Part shown: in pieces, positions 38,770 to 49,639 of the stretch
Layout of the letters: each line of letters starts with the position of its first letter
How positions within the stretch are numbered: position 1 is the first letter of the stretch
Assembly (NCBI GenBank): GCA_020353515.1
Contig: CP070695.1
Location: 1,367,637-1,431,636, forward strand
Length of the DNA: 64,000 nt
Source: Candidatus Heimdallarchaeota archaeon
Lineage (GTDB): Archaea; Asgardarchaeota; Heimdallarchaeia; Hodarchaeales; Hodarchaeaceae
Reading direction: 5' to 3'
The notes under the pieces: generated by a model
Databases searched by the model: none
What the model saw: the letters and a program-made list of their open reading frames with translations, nothing else
What the model was told of the DNA's origin: nothing
Made by a program: the position numbers and the translations under genes

Positions 38770-40230
38770 CTAACGGCAATAATATGCAAGATAGTAGTCT
38801 ATTGGTTCCATGTCAAAGTTTTTTTTCCAGCTCTGATAAGACCCTCCATCATTTGCAATATCAGTCATGATTGGCGTTAATTCTCGACCCCCAATTGAGA
38901 GAATAGCTTGTATTGCTGCCCAATGAACCGGAAATGATTTAAAACGAATTGTTTTGCCTAAATTCTTTTTCAAGATATTGAATCCTTCTTGGATTTCTTT
39001 GTAATTGACACATTTGTCTACCAGCTTTGTACCACGCTTAGGAATGAGAGGTGTTACTGACATTGTTAATTTTATAGGATAAAAATCAGCTAAGTTGTTA
39101 ACAAGATTCACTATTTCTTGCGATTCTGAGACAATTCCAGAGGTCAAACCAAGAATAAAATAGAGTCTTATCTCTTGGATATTATATAGATCAGCTTTAT
39201 GGAGAAACTCAGAGATTTGGGAGTTGCTTATTTTTTTCCCAATTTTGAATCGGACATCTTCTAATGCTGTCTCTGGAGCAATACTAAGACTTCTTAATCC
39301 AGTTTGTTTGATTGAATCGAGAACATCAATTCCTGAATCAATTCTGATACTTGGAAGGGTGAACTTCAGTTTTTTCTTAATAAAATAATCCAGTAACCCC
39401 TTAAGTTGACTATAATCAGCGACGCTTGAACCAATGAGAGAAAAAAATTCTGTTTTTGTATCTAGAGTTCCTCTATCTATCAAATTCTTCAGCATTGGAA
39501 GAGATCTTTCCCTTTGTGGACGAAAGTACTTTCCAATTAAACAAAAGTGACATCCATGAGTACATCCTCTTGAAATTTGAAGAAAATAACCGTCTAATAC
39601 CCCTTTTTTCAGAGGCTTTATAGGCCGAACTTGAGCTGTAGGATAGTTAACCTCGTCAAGATTTGATGTTATTCCTGGCGACAGTTGATAAAATGTGTCA
39701 GGAGTATAAAAACCTGGAACTGATAGAATAGAATCCGATAATATACCATTTTTACTTGAGATAACCGCCTCAAGAAAAATTTCCGCGACTGATTCAAATT
39801 CACCAGAGAAAAAAACATCAAATATATCAAATAACGGTTCAGGATTAGCAGTAACCGTGGGTCCTCCAGCTAATAGTAAAGGATGATCTTCCATCCGATC
39901 TTCTGCAAATACAGGGATGCCAGATCGGAGTAACATCTTGATGGCATTAATGTAATCTAGCTCAAATTGAAAAGTAAAAGCTAGAAGATCAAATTGCGAG
40001 AGGATCTTTCCAGTTTCTATTGATTTTGGAGGCCCAGGAAGGGTTTCTGAGAAGAAAACTCGTTCTACAAAGATATTTTGATGCTGATTAAGGAGATGAT
40101 ACAACAGTTTAATTGTTAATCCTGACATTCCTACGGAATATGAGTTTGGGTACACTAATCCAATACGCCACTGTACATCCCGAGTCGGTTTTTCTATCAC
40201 ATTTATTTCTTTGAGACGACTCTTTCTCAT
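38770..40230 (-). CDS. Radical SAM protein with N-terminal B12-binding-like domain
   Basis: YPNSY.VGMS.L, AGGP...NPEP, RGCTHGCHFC (CxxxCxxC), APET. Confidence 0.88.
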   Translation of the reverse strand: MRKSRLKEINVIEKPTRDVQWRIGLVYPNSYSVGMSGLTIKLLYHLLNQHQNIFVERVFFSETLPGPPKSIETGKILSQFDLLAFTFQFELDYINAIKMLLRSGIPVFAEDRMEDHPLLLAGGPTVTANPEPLFDIFDVFFSGEFESVAEIFLEAVISSKNGILSDSILSVPGFYTPDTFYQLSPGITSNLDEVNYPTAQVRPIKPLKKGVLDGYFLQISRGCTHGCHFCLIGKYFRPQRERSLPMLKNLIDRGTLDTKTEFFSLIGSSVADYSQLKGLLDYFIKKKLKFTLPSIRIDSGIDVLDSIKQTGLRSLSIAPETALEDVRFKIGKKISNSQISEFLHKADLYNIQEIRLYFILGLTSGIVSESQEIVNLVNNLADFYPIKLTMSVTPLIPKRGTKLVDKCVNYKEIQEGFNILKKNLGKTIRFKSFPVHWAAIQAILSIGGRELTPIMTDIANDGGSYQSWKKNFDMEPIDYYLAYYCR

Positions 40231-40248
40231 ACTCCTTCGTACCTTAAA

Positions 40249-41517
40249 TTACTTAAGAGATTTTTGAACAAGTCCTTTCTGGGGGTCATAATAAAGTAAA
40301 GTGTTGGGAGGAACGTCTTGATTGAGTAAAGTATGAGCTCCAATTTGTGAATTTTCTCCTATAGTGATTCCAGGCATTAAAGACACGTTGATTCCAGTTT
40401 TGACATTATCCCCCATAAAAATACCAAGTTTCTGTTTTCCAGAAGAGATTCGTTCACCTTTGATTGTCATAAAAATGCTTTTCTTATCAATTCTTAGATT
40501 CGCTACTTTGGTTCCAGCACCAAAATTACAATCTCTTCCAATAACTGAGTCTCCTACGTAGGAAAGATGACCGATTATTGTATTTTCAAGTATGATACTA
40601 TTCTTAATCTCAACAGCATTTCCTATACGAACATTTTCCCCCAAGTATGTACCTGATCGGAGAAAGCAATTAGGTCCTACGGTGACATTTTCCTCAATAA
40701 CAACTGGGCCTTGAATGAATGTACCTGGGCGTAGTATCACATTTTCTGCGATTTTGCATACCCCTTCTACTGTTACAGATGAAGGAGGAGTAATTTTAGG
40801 GAAATCTTGTATTTTCATTCCAATCTCATTTGCAGTTAACAGATCCCAAGGATACCCAATATCAATCCAGTGATCTTTGATGTAGTATAGAGCAAAAATA
40901 TAGCCATTCTGAATAAGCTGATTTATACTATCTGTAAGTTCGATCTCTCCCCGACTTGATTTTGGAGTATGGGTTAAATAATCAAAAACTGTTGAAGGTA
41001 AAACCATCATTCCTGCATTAATGTAAGAGCTTGGAGGTTGGGGATGTTTCTCAAGGATCTTAACTAAATAATCTTTTTTAATTTCAAGACACCCATATTT
41101 TTCAGGGTTTATTACCTTTTTTGCTGAAAAAATTCCCTTTCTTTGATCATTTGTTTGTCCTAATTGTATAATTTCGTTGATTACCTGTTGACTCGTAAAA
41201 ATATCACCATACATCATGAAAAACGAGTCAGAATCAATATATTGTTCACAGAGTTTCACTGCGTGGCCAGTTCCCTGCTGCTCCTCTTGGGTAACCCAAT
41301 CAATTGTGAAGGGGTAGTTTATTTGATTAATTGTATCCTTAACTAAATCCGCTTCATGACCAATAACAATGACTACGTGATCTATTTTTCTCGATAATGC
41401 GCCCAGAATATGACAGATTAAAGGGGAACCTGCTATCGGCATTAAAGGTTTAGGAATACTTTTTGTAACTGGATGAAGACGGGTAGCTTTACCAGCCGTG
41501 AGGATTATTGCGTCCAT
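40249..41517 (-). CDS. Bifunctional sugar-1-phosphate nucleotidylyltransferase/acetyltransferase (archaeal GlmU-like)
   Basis: ILTAGKATRL.P....PKPL, RGEIELTD, WIDIGYPWDLL, hexapeptide repeats and HLSYVGDS. Confidence 0.9.
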   Translation of the reverse strand: MDAIILTAGKATRLHPVTKSIPKPLMPIAGSPLICHILGALSRKIDHVVIVIGHEADLVKDTINQINYPFTIDWVTQEEQQGTGHAVKLCEQYIDSDSFFMMYGDIFTSQQVINEIIQLGQTNDQRKGIFSAKKVINPEKYGCLEIKKDYLVKILEKHPQPPSSYINAGMMVLPSTVFDYLTHTPKSSRGEIELTDSINQLIQNGYIFALYYIKDHWIDIGYPWDLLTANEIGMKIQDFPKITPPSSVTVEGVCKIAENVILRPGTFIQGPVVIEENVTVGPNCFLRSGTYLGENVRIGNAVEIKNSIILENTIIGHLSYVGDSVIGRDCNFGAGTKVANLRIDKKSIFMTIKGERISSGKQKLGIFMGDNVKTGINVSLMPGITIGENSQIGAHTLLNQDVPPNTLLYYDPQKGLVQKSLK

Positions 41518-41772
41518 TCAATTTCCCTCAATAATGTCCTGTAACGAAGTTTCTAGTCAAAAAATCTAGGAAATAAAACCCAAATTAAAAATTTTTACCT
41601 TTTTACAGCTTTGTTAGTATAGAAATTAGAAACTTTCATAATGGTACTCAAATGATTTATTTGGATTTATTTTATATCTTGACAGAGATAAAGAATTCTT
41701 CCATCAATCCAATAAGTTCCTCTTTCTTAATCATTCAGATAAATCTTGTTAATCAGTCGGATGCGACCGATT

Positions 41773-43719
41773 ATGGTGAAGAAAGCTTTTGATTACAAGA
41801 AATTAGGGTTTAAAGCGGGGATAGAAATTCATGCTCAGCTTTCTACCAAAAAAAAATTGTTTTGTCACTGTCCAGCAAGTTTAACAAATGAAGAGGCACA
41901 GGCTGTTGTACAACGTAGGTTTCGTCCTGTTCTAGGTGAGATGGGAAAATATGATCCAGCACTACTTATTGAATTTGAAAAAGGCCATACGATCTTCTAC
42001 GAAGTCTTCGATAGTATTTGTACTTATGAATTAGATGAAACACCACCTTTTCCTATCAATACTGAAGCTCTTTATGATGGTATCAAATTAGCAAGGATGG
42101 TGAATTGTCAGATTGTTACCGAAACAAATGTATGTAGGAAAAATTATTTAGATGGATCTGTTACCTCTGGATTCCAAAGAACAGCTCTTATTGGTTATGA
42201 TGGATATATTTCGCTGAAGAAAGAATTTTCTAGCCTTGAAGGAAAGAAATTACCAATTACTTGGATCTATATTGAAGAAGATGCTGCTCGTAAAGATAAT
42301 GAGCGAAGTGGGGACAAGGAAATCTTTTTTAAGTTAGATCGGCTTGGAATACCATTAATTGAGATCGTAACCGATCATAATTTATATTCTCCAACAGAAG
42401 TGGTTTCTGCAGCAAGATCACTAGGAATGTTAATCAAATCATCAGGTTTAGCACGGAAAGGTTTGGGTACTATACGTCAAGATATTAATGTTAGTATATC
42501 AAAAGGAGATAGAGTTGAGCTAAAGGGGATTCAATTACTTAAATTGATCCCAGATGCTATTGATCTTGAAATCCAAAGGCAATTGGGATTAATATCTATT
42601 CAAGAGGAACTACAAAAACGAAACATCCATCCCAAGGATATTCCCCTTCAAATTTTGAATATTACAGAGATTTTTTTTAAAACTTCCTCAAAGATAGTTC
42701 AATCAGCCCTTAAAAGAAAAGAAGAAGTATTTCTATTCCCTATTACAGGATTCAAGGGACTGTTGGGTCGGGAATTACAACCAAATAAGCGCTTTGGAAC
42801 AGAACTCTCTGAACGCGTTAAATCATTCACTGATCTAAAAGGGATCATTCATTCTGATGAAGATTTAACCAGATATAATTTCTCTGTGAGTGAAATTCAT
42901 GAATTATCAGAATTTTGTCGTGAAGATAACTTAGCATATGTCATCGCAATTGGAAAGAAAGATAAGGCACATAAAGCTCTTAATTTTGTCCACGAAAGAA
43001 TAATTGCCGCTTTTCAAGGAGTTCATCCAGAAACCCGACATGTAGATGAAGAAGGAATTTCTACTTTTACTAGAGATTTACATGGTAGAAGTAGGTTATA
43101 TCCTGATACCGATCTCCTCCCTATTGTAGTTGACTCAGATCGAGTAAAGGAGATTGACAAGAATCTACCGCCAAATCTATGGGATAAAATACAGCAATTA
43201 AGCAAAGAATATTCTATTTCTCGTAAATTAGCTGAGAATTTGATCTATGATAATAAAGATCAAATTTTTGTAGAGTTAATGCAAAAAGGAGCTCCAATCA
43301 AAGTGGTTGTGACTACATTAACACAAACATTAACTACAATTTCAAGAGAGGGAGTTGATATAGACAATATAACAAAATTCCATTTAATAGATATATTTGA
43401 GGCATTAAAGTCGAAACAAATAGCCAAGGAAGCAATTCCTGAGATTTTAGTCCAATTAGGGACTGACCCAACTAAATCTACAGCAAAAATAATTTCAAAA
43501 TTTGGGTATCTATCTCTTAAGGAATTAGACGAATTAATTATTACTGTTCTACAACGCACCCAAAATCTAATTAAGGAGCGAAAGATGGATGCTTTCTCTC
43601 CTCTAATGGGAATAATAATGAAAGAAGTCCGAGGGAAAATTGATGGGAAAATAATTAGCGAAAGATTGCGAAAATACTTGGAGGAACAGATTTCACAAAA
43701 CGTAAGAGGAGAAAATTGA
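41773..43719 (+). CDS. gatE: Glu-tRNA(Gln) amidotransferase subunit E
   Basis: GIEIHAQL..KKLFC.C, DGSVTSGFQRT, EEDAAR, LDRLGIPLIEI, GLGTIRQDINVSI, RLYPDTD; start uncertain (41746-41773). Confidence 0.95.
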   Translation: MVKKAFDYKKLGFKAGIEIHAQLSTKKKLFCHCPASLTNEEAQAVVQRRFRPVLGEMGKYDPALLIEFEKGHTIFYEVFDSICTYELDETPPFPINTEALYDGIKLARMVNCQIVTETNVCRKNYLDGSVTSGFQRTALIGYDGYISLKKEFSSLEGKKLPITWIYIEEDAARKDNERSGDKEIFFKLDRLGIPLIEIVTDHNLYSPTEVVSAARSLGMLIKSSGLARKGLGTIRQDINVSISKGDRVELKGIQLLKLIPDAIDLEIQRQLGLISIQEELQKRNIHPKDIPLQILNITEIFFKTSSKIVQSALKRKEEVFLFPITGFKGLLGRELQPNKRFGTELSERVKSFTDLKGIIHSDEDLTRYNFSVSEIHELSEFCREDNLAYVIAIGKKDKAHKALNFVHERIIAAFQGVHPETRHVDEEGISTFTRDLHGRSRLYPDTDLLPIVVDSDRVKEIDKNLPPNLWDKIQQLSKEYSISRKLAENLIYDNKDQIFVELMQKGAPIKVVVTTLTQTLTTISREGVDIDNITKFHLIDIFEALKSKQIAKEAIPEILVQLGTDPTKSTAKIISKFGYLSLKELDELIITVLQRTQNLIKERKMDAFSPLMGIIMKEVRGKIDGKIISERLRKYLEEQISQNVRGEN

Positions 43720-45069
43720 ATGCCCGACAAACAATATGCTGGATATAAAAAATCAACATTATTTTGGTTGAAAAATCATAATTTGGAAGTTTGGGACGAG
43801 ATCGAGATAATAAAAGATAATTCAGTAATAAGAGGGGTAATCCTTCCTCGGAGTGAACTAGCTGATCCAAGATTTATTAGTTTAAAGCTACCTACTGGTT
43901 ATAATATTGGATTAAATCCAGAGGAAGTTCAATCAGTCAGAAAAATTAACCATATTAGGGGTGAATATCGAATCCCTAAACCTGATATTATCCAAAGACC
44001 TAATCTACCTTTTATCCCAATTTTAGGTTGTGGAGGCACAATTGCTTCCCGTTTAGACTATCAGACGGGAGGAACCATACCCGCACTGACTCCAGAGGAG
44101 CTTTTTTCCTCGTTTCCTGAAATTGCGGATTTGGCTAGAATTGAAACCCAGCTTCTCTTTGATATTTTCTCAGAAAATGTCAATTTCACGCATTATGAGA
44201 AAATATTAAGAGCTATTGAGGCCACTATCAAAAATAAGGAACCTCAAGGGATTGTTCTTACTCACGGTACAGATACAATGGCTTATACTGCAGCCGCCCT
44301 GTCTTTTGCTATTACTAATTCTCCAGTCCCTATTGTTATAACAGGGTCACAACGATCTTCTGACCGTCCCTCGTCTGATGCATTCTTCAATCTATATCAT
44401 TCTGTATTATATGCAACATCACCACAAGCTAAGAAAGAAGTTGTAGTCATTATGCACGAAGAATCATCAGACACTTCAACTGCTATCCATAAGGGTACAC
44501 GTCTTCGTAAAATGCATAGTAGCCGAAGAGATACTTTTAAAACGATCGGAGGAAATCCAATAGGACGTATTGTGGATAGTAAAATACAATATTTTGATGA
44601 TGATAATAAATACGCAGAACAAATTGAATCGAATGAAGATAAAGAATTTATCATCAGTAAGAAGTTTGAAAAAAGGATTGGACTGATTTATCATTACCCA
44701 GGTATTCAACCTGGATTAATAGAGCATTTTATAGAAACAGGATATAAAGGACTAGTGTTTGCGGGAACAGGACTTGGTCATGTTTCAACCGAACTGGTTC
44801 CAATGATAAAAAAAGCTATTGAAAACGAAATAATTGTTGTAATGACGACACAATGTTTACATGGGTTTACAGGACTGTCCGTTTATGAAAGCGGAAGGCA
44901 GCTCCAAGCAATCGGAGTAATTCCTGTAAATATCCTTCCAGAAACAGCATATATCAAACTCTCTTCTCTTCTAGGAAATTATAAGAAAACCAATAAGATC
45001 AAAGAACTTATGAAAACCGATCTAAAGGGAGAATTTTTATACCGAGAGAAGTTTCGTGAGTTCACCTAA
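43720..45069 (+). CDS. gatD: Glu-tRNA(Gln) amidotransferase subunit D
   Basis: KLPTGYNIG, GGTIASRLDY.TG, HGTDTM, SQRSSDRPSSD, KMHSSRRD. Confidence 0.95.
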   Translation: MPDKQYAGYKKSTLFWLKNHNLEVWDEIEIIKDNSVIRGVILPRSELADPRFISLKLPTGYNIGLNPEEVQSVRKINHIRGEYRIPKPDIIQRPNLPFIPILGCGGTIASRLDYQTGGTIPALTPEELFSSFPEIADLARIETQLLFDIFSENVNFTHYEKILRAIEATIKNKEPQGIVLTHGTDTMAYTAAALSFAITNSPVPIVITGSQRSSDRPSSDAFFNLYHSVLYATSPQAKKEVVVIMHEESSDTSTAIHKGTRLRKMHSSRRDTFKTIGGNPIGRIVDSKIQYFDDDNKYAEQIESNEDKEFIISKKFEKRIGLIYHYPGIQPGLIEHFIETGYKGLVFAGTGLGHVSTELVPMIKKAIENEIIVVMTTQCLHGFTGLSVYESGRQLQAIGVIPVNILPETAYIKLSSLLGNYKKTNKIKELMKTDLKGEFLYREKFREFT

Positions 45070-45261
45070 TTGGATTCTAAATTTTTAGGATTATCTTATC
45101 TGCTGATTACGAAAAGTTTTTTATTCAGAAAATGAAGTGGTATAATTGGAATCTTACGGTGTTTTCGTGCCAACGAGAACTTTACCAATTATCTTGTAAA
45201 AACAAGGTTCTCTTCCCTCTCCCAATCTACTTTTGGCTAAAACATAAGGAGATATTAAGAG

Positions 45262-45789
45262 TTGAACAACACCGAGTTTCGGACATCTACTTCTGTTGCC
45301 TCCGAGATATCTCGGTTGCTACGTGAAATCGAAAATCATCGTGCTGTTGCCTCGGATTTTTATGAGGAATTAAAAGCACATGTTTCCTACTTGAAGACCA
45401 CCATTGATGGATCTGAGAGTGTGGATGAAAGAAAACGTCGATTCAAAAGAATTGGTGTTCTTCTTGAAGAATTAAAAGAGCAATATTGGGATCTTGTGGA
45501 TTTATTAACAGACTTGAGTGGAATTGAAATCTTGGAAAGCAATTTACCAGCACAAGGGACTCAATTGTCTCAGGATCTTGTTAAAAGCCTTAATCAGATG
45601 GAATCAACAGTTCGGAACACATATAAGTCACTCCATTCGAACGAACTCGGTACCGTCGGCAATGATCTCCATTCGATTGCTAAAAATAAGAAATTTTCTG
45701 AACTAAATGAGGTGTTGACGGAATTAATTACTGAAATTAGTCAAAGATCAAGTCAACTTGAAGATTTACGACAAAAAAGAATATTATAA
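45262..45789 (+). CDS. Hypothetical helical/coiled-coil protein
   Basis: 175-aa ORF after a GGAG SD-like site; heptad-rich. Confidence 0.6.
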   Translation: MNNTEFRTSTSVASEISRLLREIENHRAVASDFYEELKAHVSYLKTTIDGSESVDERKRRFKRIGVLLEELKEQYWDLVDLLTDLSGIEILESNLPAQGTQLSQDLVKSLNQMESTVRNTYKSLHSNELGTVGNDLHSIAKNKKFSELNEVLTELITEISQRSSQLEDLRQKRIL

Positions 45790-45856
45790 GGTATTTTTGC
45801 TTGTTACAAGCAAAAATACAGCCTTTTTTCCCTTTAAACCCTATCTCATACTTTCT

Positions 45857-46453
45857 TCATTCGATTACTGGTTCACCACATGTTGGGCAGGTAAATGCAC
45901 CTGGTGGGATACTAGTACCACATTTCTTGCAGGTCCATACTTCCTTGGTTTTTGATGCAGCCCATGCTTTTCTTGTTGGTTTGGCTTTCGCTGCTTTAGG
46001 TTTTTCTTTTGTCACATTGCCCGTGGCGTATGCAGCTATGCAACAGGCTAGAGTACATGCTGCAGTTCCTAAGATGAAAGGAGCAAGAGCGGTTGAATCT
46101 TGTAATGCGTCAATATTAAGAACAGCTAAGAACCCTGCTCCAAGAATTGTTCCAAAAAAACCTGCCACAACACCCCAGAAACCATGTTTAGCTCTAACTC
46201 CAGCAATCATACCTGAGATTATCCACGCTACCCATACCGCTATAAATGAAACTAATGTATCAGCAGAAAGGAACATTCCTTCAAACATGCTTTCGATGAT
46301 GGGATTCAGTTCTAAAGATGTTAAAGAGGCAGCATTTCTAGGATCAAAGAATAATTGAGAAATCTCTAGAGCTGATAAACCTACAGTAATCACAAGAATA
46401 GTATTGAATATAGGATTAGTTGTTTTAGTAGTACTTCTCGTAGCTGTCATCAA
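45857..46453 (-). CDS. Membrane protein with C-terminal Zn ribbon
   Basis: Four hydrophobic helices, Lys-rich linker, CKKC..CPTC. Confidence 0.7.
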   Translation of the reverse strand: MMTATRSTTKTTNPIFNTILVITVGLSALEISQLFFDPRNAASLTSLELNPIIESMFEGMFLSADTLVSFIAVWVAWIISGMIAGVRAKHGFWGVVAGFFGTILGAGFLAVLNIDALQDSTALAPFILGTAACTLACCIAAYATGNVTKEKPKAAKAKPTRKAWAASKTKEVWTCKKCGTSIPPGAFTCPTCGEPVIE

Positions 46454-46692
46454 AATTCATCCTTTTTATTATAATAAAAATATTTACGATTTAAGATTTT
46501 TAGTGTTAATTAATTGATTCTCTCTTTCAGAATTACATATAATTTTTATATGTCAGATGTTGCATCCCAAGAGACTCACATTTAACAAAGATTACGATCA
46601 TTAATAAATATACCTAGATTGCCTTGATACTTGATAATAAAGTTTATTTTAGATAATATCTCGATTTTTGAGAAAGGAGTCGAATGTAAGGC

Positions 46693-48729
46693 ATGAAAAG
46701 GATGTCTAGCTTAGATATTTATGCTATTACTAAGGAATTACAAGGATTAGTAGGATATCGTGTTGATAACATCTATCGTGACATAACAGATACATTCTAC
46801 CTTTTCAAATTCAAAGGTAAAGGCCATTTAAAGAACCCATTTCTCTTAATTGAACCGGGAATACGGATCCATTTGACCGAGATGCAACATTCAGTTTCAA
46901 AACCTCCTTCTGACAAAATTTTAGCAATGAGGCAGCATCTAAAGGGAACTGATTTACTAAGTATTCAACAAATCGATTTTGATCGTTTGGTAGTATTAAC
47001 CCTGAAAGGAAAACAAGAATATAGGATTTATATTGAAATTTTTGGTAACCGACCAAATTTCATTGTTGTAGGCGACCAAAATCGTGTAATATTAGCAACT
47101 TGGTACAGAAAAATGCGTCATCGAGATGTACTCCCAGGAAAGGAGTTTGAATTTCCACCTAGTAGAGGGAAATCAATATTAGATATATCTTACGAAGAAA
47201 TACAACAAATAATTGAAGAAAATAATTCGGAAGATGAGCAGATTGTGAGAATGTTAGCTAAGAAAACGGGAGGAGGGGGTCCCCTAATGGAGGAAATCTT
47301 AGCTAGGTCAGATATAATTAAAACAACAAAAACCCAAGAAATAAGTGACAAAGAAGTCAATCAAATCTTTAATTCCATTAAGGAAATAAAAAAGGATCTA
47401 GAAAATCCAAAACCAACATTAATTGTTGACTCAGATGATACACCGTTATCATTTCAACCTATTGAGTTTAAATCAATAACAGGAATATCTAAAAAATACA
47501 ACAACTTTTCTTCAGCAGTAGATTCTTATTATTCCAATATTACTCCAAAAAGGTCTGTTGATCTAAAACAACACGATCGGGAAAAGAAGAAACTTCTCAA
47601 AGTTTTAGATTCACAGAAGAAAGCAATTATTGATTTTGAAACTAAGAAAAAGAAGTATAAGGACTTAGGAGACAAGATTTTTCTCCATTTAAATGAGATT
47701 GAAGAACTATTAACTACAATTGTGGCTGCTAGAAGAAATAACATTTCATGGTCAGAAATTCAGATAAAATTAGTGCAAGCGAAAAACGAAGGTAGGCCTT
47801 CGGCAAGGATATTCGATAAAATCATCCCTGATCGAGGACTAATTCACTTAACACTCGAAACAGAATCGATTGAGGTAGACTTCAGAAAATCAGCAACTGA
47901 AATAGCAAATGAATATTATGAGCGGGCAAAAAAAGCAACCAGGAAAATTTTGCCCGCTAAGGAAGCCATACTTGAAACTGAGAAAAGAATTAGTGTTCTT
48001 GAAAAAGATATTTCCGAACAACAGTTTGCTGAGAGTTTTACTCTAAAAAGAAGAAAGAGAAAATGGTATGAAAAATACCACTGGACAAAAACTGTTAATG
48101 GATTTTTAATTATTGGTGGTAAGGATATCCGAAGTAACGAGGAAATAGCTAAACGTCGAATGAAAAAAGATGACCTCTTCTTTCATGCAGAGTTACGTGG
48201 GGCACCTTATACCATTTTGATTCGCGATTCTAGTAGTGAAAACGTCACAGATAGTGATATTGCCTCAGCTGGGCTCTTGGCAGCTGCTTTTTCAAGTGGT
48301 TGGAAAGCTGGATATGGTGCTGTGGATGTCTATCATGTACCTGCAGAGAGTGCCAGTTTTACCGCGCCTAGTGGTGAGTATATCCCTAAGGGTGGAATAA
48401 TGGTTCGAGGAACGCGTAATTATCTTAGAGGTGTTAAAATGGCCCTAGCAATTGGAGTTAAAATAGGGGAATCCAATGCTTTGGTAATATATGGTTCAGA
48501 AGAAGATGTTGAATCAGAGAGTCCGATTTCCATAATTATTAAACCTGGGGCGGTATCAAAAGGAAAGATCGCCAAACAGATCCAAAAAATCCTAATTGAA
48601 AAAACAGAAAATCTTGAAGATAAAGCCAAAATACGTGGCATTGATTTTAATGATTTAGTCAGAGCCATTCCACACGATTCAGTTATCACTGAAGTGAGGT
48701 ATAGTGATTTGGGTGAGAAAAGAGATTAG
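46693..48729 (+). CDS. rqcH: Ribosome quality control NFACT protein (RqcH/Rqc2/NEMF family)
   Basis: MSSLDI, FDRLV, EIFG..N, KWYEKYHW, GGKD..SNE, FFHAE..GAP, APSGEYIPKG. Confidence 0.9.
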   Translation: MKRMSSLDIYAITKELQGLVGYRVDNIYRDITDTFYLFKFKGKGHLKNPFLLIEPGIRIHLTEMQHSVSKPPSDKILAMRQHLKGTDLLSIQQIDFDRLVVLTLKGKQEYRIYIEIFGNRPNFIVVGDQNRVILATWYRKMRHRDVLPGKEFEFPPSRGKSILDISYEEIQQIIEENNSEDEQIVRMLAKKTGGGGPLMEEILARSDIIKTTKTQEISDKEVNQIFNSIKEIKKDLENPKPTLIVDSDDTPLSFQPIEFKSITGISKKYNNFSSAVDSYYSNITPKRSVDLKQHDREKKKLLKVLDSQKKAIIDFETKKKKYKDLGDKIFLHLNEIEELLTTIVAARRNNISWSEIQIKLVQAKNEGRPSARIFDKIIPDRGLIHLTLETESIEVDFRKSATEIANEYYERAKKATRKILPAKEAILETEKRISVLEKDISEQQFAESFTLKRRKRKWYEKYHWTKTVNGFLIIGGKDIRSNEEIAKRRMKKDDLFFHAELRGAPYTILIRDSSSENVTDSDIASAGLLAAAFSSGWKAGYGAVDVYHVPAESASFTAPSGEYIPKGGIMVRGTRNYLRGVKMALAIGVKIGESNALVIYGSEEDVESESPISIIIKPGAVSKGKIAKQIQKILIEKTENLEDKAKIRGIDFNDLVRAIPHDSVITEVRYSDLGEKRD

Positions 48730-48753
48730 ATTGCTTGATATTAAAGTCTCAAC

Positions 48754-49395
48754 TTAAAAAATATCTGGGTCAGAGGATTGATCTTCTTCTGGTTGAGATC
48801 CTATACATGTTGGACATAATGTATAACCATTTGCACTTTTAAGGCAATCTGAATAATTACTACAATCATCACAAAATCCTTCAAACTCAATCAATACTCT
48901 TTCATTGTCATCAACAGACTTTTGAATAGTTTCCAACAACAAACGCTCTCTATGAATTCGAAGTAATCCTGGGGCAAATTTAAGGATATCATTAGTTGAA
49001 ACGATACCTAAGGGCTGGGAATAATCATTACCTTCAACAACTAAAATTCGTTCTATATTCTCTTGTGCCATCATTAACATTGTATTCTCTAAGGTTTCAT
49101 CCGCCGAAACAAAAGAAACAGGTTTACTCATGACGTCATCTACTAGAACAATACCAGGATCTAACGCACGACCCACAACTCGTTGAATAATATCTCCCTT
49201 TGTTATGATTCCTTCTATTTGGTTGTTTTTAATAATGATTGAACCAACCTGATTTTCAACCATTAATTTGGCCGCTTCAGTTACAGGTTGATTACTTGGC
49301 ATTGATATAATCCCTTTAGTTTTCTTTGATACTTCGCCTACTGACTGTGATTTTAGCAGGTTACCTATTAAAACCTCTCTTTCGTTATCAATCAA
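48754..49395 (-). CDS. CBS-domain pair protein with C-terminal Zn finger
   Basis: EAAKLM...VGS, GIITKGDI, VMSKP, GIVSTNDI; GFCDDC..LCPTC. Confidence 0.85.
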   Translation of the reverse strand: MIDNEREVLIGNLLKSQSVGEVSKKTKGIISMPSNQPVTEAAKLMVENQVGSIIIKNNQIEGIITKGDIIQRVVGRALDPGIVLVDDVMSKPVSFVSADETLENTMLMMAQENIERILVVEGNDYSQPLGIVSTNDILKFAPGLLRIHRERLLLETIQKSVDDNERVLIEFEGFCDDCSNYSDCLKSANGYTLCPTCIGSQPEEDQSSDPDIF

Positions 49396-49639
49396 CCCTT
49401 AAATCACCTGTGGATTCAGATTTTTGTTTAGATGTATTCTTCTATTTCATGAACAAGTAGTAATCTAAGCTCTATGGTCTTAACAACTAAAAAAACCTTT
49501 GCATAAGTACTTCTTTTTTTCTAAAAGATAGATTAGAAAATCGCTTCCATTTTGCCCTATCTCAGATCTTCGATAGGTATTACTGGATTTTTGTTCTCCT
49601 TAACGAACCAATTGCGCCTTAATGAATAGAATAACTTAT

